Under the pieces are notes generated by a model. That model was not told the DNA's origin. It searched no databases and saw only the letters and a program-made list of their open reading frames with translations. A DNA stretch of 32,000 bases from contig NZ_CP066018.1 of the NCBI RefSeq assembly GCF_016127575.1, positions 3,570,001 to 3,602,000 of the forward strand, read 5' to 3'. This DNA is from Cupriavidus necator (GTDB lineage Bacteria; Pseudomonadota; Gammaproteobacteria; Burkholderiales; Burkholderiaceae). How positions within the stretch are numbered: the stretch's first letter is position 1; each line of letters opens with the position of its first letter. The translations under genes were made by a program, and so were the position numbers. Below are positions 26,106-32,000 of this stretch, piece after piece.

Positions 26106-26831
26106 TCACAGGCCGAGCCTCGCGGCGGCCAGCCGGTCCGCGGCCGCCAGCGCCGCGCTGGTCATGATGTCGAGATTGCCGGCATAGGCCGGGAGGTAGT
26201 GCGCCGCGCCTTCGACCTCCAGGAAGATCGACACCTTCAGGCCGGCCTGCCGACCGATGCCCGGCAGGTTCAGCGCCCGCTCCACCTCATAGCGCTCGAA
26301 CTGTACGGCCTGCTTCAGGCGGTAGCCCGGCACGTACTCGGCTACGCTGGCCGCCATGTCGCGCACCGAGTCACGGATCGCGTCCTGGTCGGCGTCGAGC
26401 TCGGCCAGGCAGTAGACCGTGTCGCGCATGATGAGCGGCGGCTCGGCCGGGTTCAGCACGATGATGGCCTTGCCGTGGCGCGCTCCGCCGACTTCGACGA
26501 TGGCCCGGGAAGTCGTCTCGGTGAACTCGTCGATGTTGGCGCGCGTACCGGGACCGGCCGACTTGCTGGCAATGGACGCAACAATCTCCGCGTAATGGAC
26601 CGGGGCGACGCGGGAGACAGCGCGCACCATCGGGATGGTCGCCTGCCCGCCGCAGGTGACCATGTTGATGTTCGGGGCATCCAGATGCGCGTCAAGGTTG
26701 ACGACTGGGATGACATAGGGACCGATGGCCGCTGGTGTCAGGTCGATCACGCGCACGCCGCGCTCCTGCAGCAGCGCGTTGTTGCGCGCATGCGCGCCAG
26801 CGGAAGTGGCGTCGAAGGCGATGCCGATGTC
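26106..26831 (-). pseudogene. dmpF: acetaldehyde dehydrogenase (acetylating), 5'-truncated (NAD-binding N-terminus missing)
   Basis: The in-frame reading is open from about 26831: [46 protein letters not shown]...[14 protein letters not shown]...[19 protein letters not shown]...[14 protein letters not shown]. The ~85 N-terminal residues present in DmpF/MhpF are absent, and a stop plus unrelated sequence lies upstream. Confidence 0.75.
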
Positions 26832-26995
26832 TCAGCTGGCTCGGAAGTGAAGGGACTATCTCCGAATTCTATGGGTCAGGTTCGTTGCCCGGTAGTTAGC
26901 GCCCGGCAGGCGCTAGCGATCGCTTAGCGTGCAAAATTTTCCGTTTTCTGAAGCGACCCCATGACCTGCGTATCGCTGGCCTGTCGTGCCGTTCA

Positions 26996-27481
26996 TCAAG
27001 CTGGTTCGACGGGGTGCCGCTCGTGCACGTCGGCAAGCACCGCCTTGAAGACGATCTCAATAAGCTGCTCCGGAAAGGCCAGCCTCGATACGCCGATCAG
27101 ATTGCTGGCGCACTGAGGCCGCGCCATGGCGTAGGCTTCTTTGCGCACCTTGCCCGCTACTGCAAACGCCTCATCGACATCGAGGACATAGAGCGTCTCT
27201 TCCACCACGTGGTCGAGCGTGGCTCCGAACTGTGCGAGGATCGTTGCAGCGTTTGCATAGGTCACCCGCATCTGCTCCGCCATCATCGAGAAGTCGGCTG
27301 GCTTGCCGGTTCCATCGAGCGCAGCAGGCGCGATCATGACGCCCTTGTCGTCGTGGCTGAGCTGGCCGGACACATAGATCATGTTTCCGATCTTGATTGC
27401 CTGTGCATAGCCGTAGTCGTCTTCCGCCGGCACACCGTGATAGGCAGCCTCTTTGCCATTCAACGCCGTCGTGTTGGTCAT
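26996..27481 (-). CDS. RidA/YjgF/L-PSP family protein
   Basis: 161-aa ORF. YAQAIKIGNMIYVSGQLSHD...NAATILAQFGATLDHVVEETLYVLD...NLIGVSRLAFPEQLIEI fits the RidA fold pattern. Confidence 0.7.
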   Translation of the reverse strand: MTNTTALNGKEAAYHGVPAEDDYGYAQAIKIGNMIYVSGQLSHDDKGVMIAPAALDGTGKPADFSMMAEQMRVTYANAATILAQFGATLDHVVEETLYVLDVDEAFAVAGKVRKEAYAMARPQCASNLIGVSRLAFPEQLIEIVFKAVLADVHERHPVEPA

Positions 27482-27534
27482 ATCTGATCTCCTGTTGAAT
27501 AAGCCGGCCCGGATGTCCGGGCCATTTGTTCACC

Positions 27535-28041
27535 TCATGACTTCTGAGCGTTGGGCCATGAGCCCTGGACAGATGCCAGAAGGAGAGAAAGCGATGCAGC
27601 CAGCAGAACGAGATCCTTAAGAAGGAACTGGCCAGGCATAGCTGAAATGGCCGGAAATCCACCCGCCGTCGCTTCTGCTACGCCGGGGGTAGTCAAGAAA
27701 AACGTGAGCGTGATCAGATAGGTCGCAGCCGACATCGCCGCTCCCAATGCGGAGAAAATGGGCTGGAAGGCTCCGAGAATCAGAGCCGCTGCGGTCGACA
27801 GCTCAAGTACACCTATAACGTAACTTGTCCCTTGAACTCCGAATAGGGCGTGCAACCAGCTCATGATGGGGCTGTTGGCGATGAACGGAGCGATGCCGTT
27901 GGCTTCGTAAGCGGTGAATTTCATTCCACCGAACCAAAGAAAGATGACGACCAGCGCCCATCTGAGTAGGGCCTGAAGAGAGAGCGATCCAACGCTCTTT
28001 TCAGCGATTTGTAGACGAAACTGATTTGCACGAGTGGTCAT
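27535..28041 (-). CDS. DUF417 (YkgB/RclC-like) membrane protein
   Basis: 168-aa ORF. LLRWALVVIFLWFGGMKFTAYEANGIAPFIANSPIMSWL...GVLELSTAAALILG...LLKDLVLLAASL is typical DUF417. Confidence 0.7.
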   Translation of the reverse strand: MTTRANQFRLQIAEKSVGSLSLQALLRWALVVIFLWFGGMKFTAYEANGIAPFIANSPIMSWLHALFGVQGTSYVIGVLELSTAAALILGAFQPIFSALGAAMSAATYLITLTFFLTTPGVAEATAGGFPAISAMPGQFLLKDLVLLAASLSLLLASVQGSWPNAQKS

Positions 28042-28459
28042 TGGGGTTTCCCATTCAAGTTGTTCATCGGGTGGTTAGGAGCCTCCACTGTAGGCCCACC
28101 AGATATCGATCTCGAGACTACCTTTGCTCAATAAAATGCCCACAAGGATCAAAATAACGAGGCAATCCATCCCAAAAACGGCGGCACAGCGCAGCACGCC
28201 GCAAATCGTCTCGTCGAGATCGAGGTTCAGGTACTTGCAGATATAGGCAAGCGCTTCGTGGATTGTCTGCCCGAACGAAACGCAACGACAACGACATTCC
28301 AGTTCGCCACGGCTCTGGGATAGTCGCTACTGGGCGTGCATGTCGGACCGCGCGTCATTGCTAAAGCCAGACGCGAACGAGCTCCGCTCGAAGGAATGGC
28401 CTGCCTTGCGCCGGCGCGTCTAGCGCCACATCGAAGCTGCACACGGAAAGCGAAGCGCA

Positions 28460-29416
28460 TTACTCAGCTTCGCGCGCCAGGCGGCGCCATTGCCCCGGCG
28501 TCATCCCCATCTTGTCGGTGAACACACGCCGGAATGCCGATACGGATCGATACCCGACTAAGTCGGCCACGGCCTCAGTGGTCATCGCCGGCTTCTTCAG
28601 CTCGTTGGCGGCCAGGCTCATCCGGATATCGGTCAGCAGTTCGTTGGCCGAGCGCCCCAGATTGGCCTGAAAGTGCCGCATGAAGGTGGCGCGTGACATG
28701 CTGCACAAGTCGGCCAGATCAGACAGGTTCCAGGGTCGCGCCGGATCGGCGAACATGGCTGAAATGGCCGGGGCCAGTCGTGGATGGCCGGCAAGCGCCA
28801 ACAAGCCTGCCGGGGCCTGTTCGGATTCGCTCGCCGCGCGCAGTACCAGTGTGAACAGCGCGAAGCTAAGCGCGTTGAGCATGGCGTATCCGCCCGGTTT
28901 GTCGCCGGTGGACTCCATGCGCATCAGACCCACGAGACTGGCCAGGTGGTTCGAAGCGGACACGATGCCCTCTTCACCACGGCGGTCCATGGCCTGTACC
29001 ACGAGAGTCGTGGGTAGATAATCGCGAATCAGCCGATCATGGGGCGGCCCGATGAAAAATCGCCCGCACAACATGTCCAGATGCTCGCCCTGGCCATCAT
29101 TCTCGCTGAGCGTCCATCCTGCAGAACCTTGACGATTGTAGGTAAGACCCGGCGCATGTCCGCTGCCATCGTGCAGCACGTGCGCCGACCCGTGAGGCAA
29201 CAGCACGATATCTCCACCAACTAGCTCCCTGACCTTCCCCGTCTCCGGATCCTCAATAATGGCCCGGCCCTTGAGCACGACGTGGTAGGGAATCTCGTGC
29301 GCCGCGGACTGATCCCAGGCCACACGCCATGGCGCACCGTAGACGCAGCGGACCTCCAGCCGGCCAGTGATGTTGATCATTTGCAGGAGATGGCTCAGCC
29401 AGTCGACTTGGGACAT
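28460..29416 (-). CDS. AraC-family transcriptional regulator with N-terminal cupin-type sensing domain
   Basis: ATG 29416 lies within track ORF 28460..29542. The N-terminus is DWLSHLLQMINITGRLEVRCVYGAPWRV...PYHVVLKGRAII...GDIVLLPHGSAHVL. The C-terminal HTH is LADLCSMSRATFMRHFQANLGRSANELLTDIRMSLAANEL...VADLVGYRSVSAFRRVFTDKMGMTPGQWR. Confidence 0.8.
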   Translation of the reverse strand: MSQVDWLSHLLQMINITGRLEVRCVYGAPWRVAWDQSAAHEIPYHVVLKGRAIIEDPETGKVRELVGGDIVLLPHGSAHVLHDGSGHAPGLTYNRQGSAGWTLSENDGQGEHLDMLCGRFFIGPPHDRLIRDYLPTTLVVQAMDRRGEEGIVSASNHLASLVGLMRMESTGDKPGGYAMLNALSFALFTLVLRAASESEQAPAGLLALAGHPRLAPAISAMFADPARPWNLSDLADLCSMSRATFMRHFQANLGRSANELLTDIRMSLAANELKKPAMTTEAVADLVGYRSVSAFRRVFTDKMGMTPGQWRRLAREAE

Positions 29417-29622
29417 AGGACCTCGGGAACTTGAAACGCTCAAGCGTCTTATTGCGGTTGCACACCGGTTGTACGCACCACATGGCCCCAGTGCAAGAGC
29501 TGATCGGACACGTTGCGCACCGGGCGGGCTGCTCGATTGCAACCATCTATCGCGACCTAGCCCGGATCACGAACGATAGCGATGCGCCGAACGAGACCTG
29601 AGGACAGTACCCGCTCAGCGGG

Positions 29623-30072
29623 TTAGGCTAATAGCTTTCGGTACTGGATGAAACCGGAGCGATCAGCGATGCGGTCGTAAAGCTGCATGCCGTTATGGTT
29701 GGATTCGTGTGTCAGCCAGTGCACACGGGACGCCCCGCGACGTTTCGCTTCCGCATAGACATGCTCGATCAGCGAGCGACCGATGCCGCCGCCACGCGCA
29801 TTGTCAGCAACAAACAGGTCTTGAAGATAGCAGTAGTCGCCCGTCGTCCAGGCAGATCGATGGTAGATTGAATGCACCAGCCCCAATGGTTGTTCGCCCA
29901 CCATGGCAAGCGCTGCATGCATCGGTTCGCCTGGGTCCAAGAAGCGCCTCCAGGTATTGAGCGTCACGGACTCGGGGATATCCACTTCGTAAAATCGCTG
30001 ATAGCCTTTCCACAGCGGAAGCCACATATCAAAATCGTAGTTATCAACGGCTTTGATCTCGACTGATTGCAT
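29623..30072 (-). CDS. GNAT family N-acetyltransferase
   Basis: ATG 30072 lies within track ORF 29623..30198. YLQDLFVADNARGGGIGRSLIEHVYAEAKRRGASRVHWLTHESNHNGMQLYDRI is the GNAT motif A/B region. Confidence 0.75.
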   Translation of the reverse strand: MQSVEIKAVDNYDFDMWLPLWKGYQRFYEVDIPESVTLNTWRRFLDPGEPMHAALAMVGEQPLGLVHSIYHRSAWTTGDYCYLQDLFVADNARGGGIGRSLIEHVYAEAKRRGASRVHWLTHESNHNGMQLYDRIADRSGFIQYRKLLA

Positions 30073-30249
30073 AGAATATTCCAGAAATAAAAGATGTGCA
30101 TTCATGCACTGGCCGTCATCTCTGGCGGGCAGTAGTCGCTGCGTGAATGTTGCGCCCGTCTTTGGCCCGTGCATATTGGTAACTACCGTTCGCTGCAACG
30201 TCTACGCAGCTCGTGGGGCCGCAGAGACCTTCCCTCGCCGGGCTTCTGG

Positions 30250-30945
30250 CTAGGCCGCCGTCACTTCCAGCCCGCGCTGCACCGCCGGACGCGCGAGGCC
30301 GCGATCGAGCCACATCTGCACATGAAGAAAGCGGTCGAAGCCAACAATCTCGCGCGCTTCGTAAAAGCCGATCAGGTTACGCACCCAACCAAGCAGCGAA
30401 ATGTCGGCGATGCTATAGTCAGCGCCCATCACCCAGTCGCGGCCCGCGAGCCGTTCGTCGAGGACACCGAGCAGCCGCGCGGATTCGTTTGCGTAGCGGT
30501 CGCGCGGGCGCTTGTCCTCATAGGCTTTGCCGGCGAATTTGTTGAAGAAGCCAACCTGGCCGAACATCGGTCCGACACCGCCCATCTGCCACATCAGCCA
30601 CTGGATCGTTTCGTAGCGCGTGCGGGGATCGGTGGAGAGGAACTGCCCCGTCTTGTCGGCGAGATAGATCAGGATCGCTCCCGATTCGAACAAGGCCAGC
30701 GGCCGTCCGCTCGGACCGTGAGGATCGTAGATCGCAGGAATCTTGCCATTGGGGTTGAGCGCGAGGAAGGCCGAATCGTGGTTCTCATTCGCCATGATGT
30801 CGATGCGGTGCGCCTCATAGGCGAGGCCTGTCTCCTCCAGCATGATGCCGACCTTCACTCCGTTGGGCGTCGGTAAGGAAAAGAGCTGGAGCCGATCGGG
30901 GTACTGCACCGGCCAGCGCGTGAAAATTGGATGATTGAGTGTCAC
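30250..30945 (-). CDS. glutathione S-transferase, Nu-class (YfcG/YghU-like)
   Basis: GTG 30945 is preceded by AGGAGGAAGAAA. LQLFSLPTPNGVKVGIMLEETGL...ALNPNGKIPAIYDP...LFESGAILIYLADKTG...QWLMWQMGGVGPMFGQ...YSIADISLLGW is characteristic of Nu-class GSTs. Confidence 0.8.
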   Translation of the reverse strand: MTLNHPIFTRWPVQYPDRLQLFSLPTPNGVKVGIMLEETGLAYEAHRIDIMANENHDSAFLALNPNGKIPAIYDPHGPSGRPLALFESGAILIYLADKTGQFLSTDPRTRYETIQWLMWQMGGVGPMFGQVGFFNKFAGKAYEDKRPRDRYANESARLLGVLDERLAGRDWVMGADYSIADISLLGWVRNLIGFYEAREIVGFDRFLHVQMWLDRGLARPAVQRGLEVTAA

Positions 30946-31094
30946 TTTCTTCCTCCTAGACTCGTCGGTACATACGAAGAGCCTGGACACGTTTCCAAGA
31001 TTCTTTCTTGGGTGCGTCCAGGCTCTGGCGTTACGCTCGCATCAGATGACACCTTCCAGGACCCTCGGAGAGGGTCGATGCGGCCGGATAAAGT

Positions 31095-31643
31095 TCAGAT
31101 CGAGCCAGCCGGCGTGACGGCAGGAAAGTCCTTCTCGGGGTCGAACACGTTGTTGAAAAAATTCGTCAGGGAGTACATGGCCACCAGCGCGACGATCTCC
31201 ATGACGTTCGCATCCGTGTAGCCGGCATCGCGGACGGCTTTCAGATCGGCATCGCTGACGTTGCCCCGGGCCTCGATGACTTTGCGCGCAAACTGGAGGG
31301 CGGCGTCGCGCTTCGGGTCGCTGGCGTGACCCTTCCGAGCGAGAATGATTTCCTCGGCCGACAGCTTGGCCATATGCTCGGCCGTAAAGCTGTGAACTGT
31401 CAGGCAGTAGTTGCAGCCATTCACTTCGGAGACAGCGAGGCCGATGCCGTCACGCGTCTTCACGTCGAGCGCCTTGCTCAAGGAGCCGAGCAGAGTGGCC
31501 CATGCGTTGAACGCAATCGGGCTCTGCGCGAAGCTCGCCATCATGTTTGGGGTGAACCCAATGTTCTTGGTGAACGCATCGAGAGTCGGTTTCGAATCGG
31601 CCGGTACCTGCTCCGGCTTTAGAGCTACAGTTCTTGCCATCAT
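31095..31643 (-). CDS. carboxymuconolactone decarboxylase / AhpD-like peroxidase-related protein
   Basis: 182-aa ORF. GLAVSEVNGCNYCLTVHSFTA is the AhpD-like C-x-x-C-x-x-H motif. Confidence 0.75.
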   Translation of the reverse strand: MMARTVALKPEQVPADSKPTLDAFTKNIGFTPNMMASFAQSPIAFNAWATLLGSLSKALDVKTRDGIGLAVSEVNGCNYCLTVHSFTAEHMAKLSAEEIILARKGHASDPKRDAALQFARKVIEARGNVSDADLKAVRDAGYTDANVMEIVALVAMYSLTNFFNNVFDPEKDFPAVTPAGSI

Positions 31644-31827
31644 AATCTCCGTGAGTTACACGTTTTGCTAATTGGGGAAAGTCCATGTGGGAACCATTCC
31701 TCGGCTTACTTCGTACCCAAGTCTTGGGTCGAAGCTGGTCATGCCTTCAAGTAGGAGGTACCTTGCGGCCGCCTCTCACTTGAAGGTCGCTTAGTCGTTC
31801 GGCGCGATCACTGCCGCCGGGACGCAC

Positions 31828-32000
31828 CTATACCAAATCCAACACATCGTCCACCGGACGGCGCGGCTTCTGCGCCCAGTTTCCCGGGCGCTCTGCCCCG
31901 ATGGACAACAGCATGACTGGCACTTCGTTTGCAGCCAGTCCGAACTCGCGGTGCACCGCTTCGGCATCGAAACCGATCATCGGCGTCGAACCCAGGCCCA
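31828..32000 (-). CDS. nitroreductase-family protein, C-terminal 57 aa only (5' end beyond right edge)
   Basis: Own minus-strand translation: ...GLGSTPMIGFDAEAVHREFGLAANEVPVMLLSIGAERPGNWAQKPRRPVDDVLDLV-stop (TAG at 31828-31830). The pattern fits nitroreductase C-termini. It is not in the ORF track. Confidence 0.5.
   Translation of the reverse strand, partial: GLGSTPMIGFDAEAVHREFGLAANEVPVMLLSIGAERPGNWAQKPRRPVDDVLDLV

Noticed and set aside
28060-28330. Minus-strand open frame encoding ...QTIHEALAYICKYLNLDLDETICGVLRCAAVFGMDCLVILILVGILLSKGSLEIDIWWAYSGGS in an AT-richer patch
   Set aside because: It has no start codon giving a sensible length and no recognisable family. It could be a remnant or a very small membrane peptide (from the internal Met), but there is no supporting signal.

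Overview
GC-rich (about two-thirds G+C by eye) proteobacterial DNA. The protein vocabulary (DUF4148, KfrA-like, DUF2282/DUF692/DUF2063/DoxX, REP hairpins) suggests a Burkholderiales (Cupriavidus/Ralstonia-type) accessory or secondary-replicon region, but the taxon is inference only. All family calls come from reading motifs in the translations; no searches were run. The layout has five parts. (1) 1-4.4 kb is a minus-strand run of partly decayed genes: GDCCVxC Cys-rich protein, frameshifted DoxX, short PaaI-like thioesterase, frameshifted enoyl-CoA hydratase, an AT-rich islet, a twice-frameshifted KfrA-like gene and an intact GNAT. (2) 4.4-10.6 kb is a junkyard. It holds a PQQ-type sugar dehydrogenase lipoprotein, nested IS110/IS5 remnants, an LRAT-family gene, a second internally deleted kfrA remnant, a transposase fragment, a small secreted repeat protein, a REP pair and DUF4148. 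(3) 10.6-23.6 kb is the most interesting part. It starts with a membrane PAS-GAF sensor. Next comes a bufferin/gig-type MNIO RiPP gene set in a split order: DUF692-DUF2063, a reversed HK/OmpR pair, then a DUF2282 precursor with DoxX. A tightly packed same-strand array follows (NDH-2, 3-hydroxybutyrate dehydrogenase, patatin, secreted cupin, YeeE/YedE), then a second orphan DUF2282 precursor and a membrane class III nucleotidyl cyclase. The promoter/leader/first ~30 codons of the first precursor are duplicated in front of the LRAT gene at 7.9 kb. (4) 23.7-26.8 kb has an IS6-family element with a homopolymer frameshift abutting a truncated arylsulfatase, then a meta-cleavage aldolase and a 5'-truncated acetaldehyde dehydrogenase. 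(5) 27-32 kb is a minus-strand redox/electrophile-stress set: RidA, DUF417, AraC, GNAT, Nu-class GST, AhpD-like CMD and a partial nitroreductase. No rRNA, tRNA or CRISPR array was recognised. Many long ORFs in the supplied track are antisense shadows typical of high-GC DNA.
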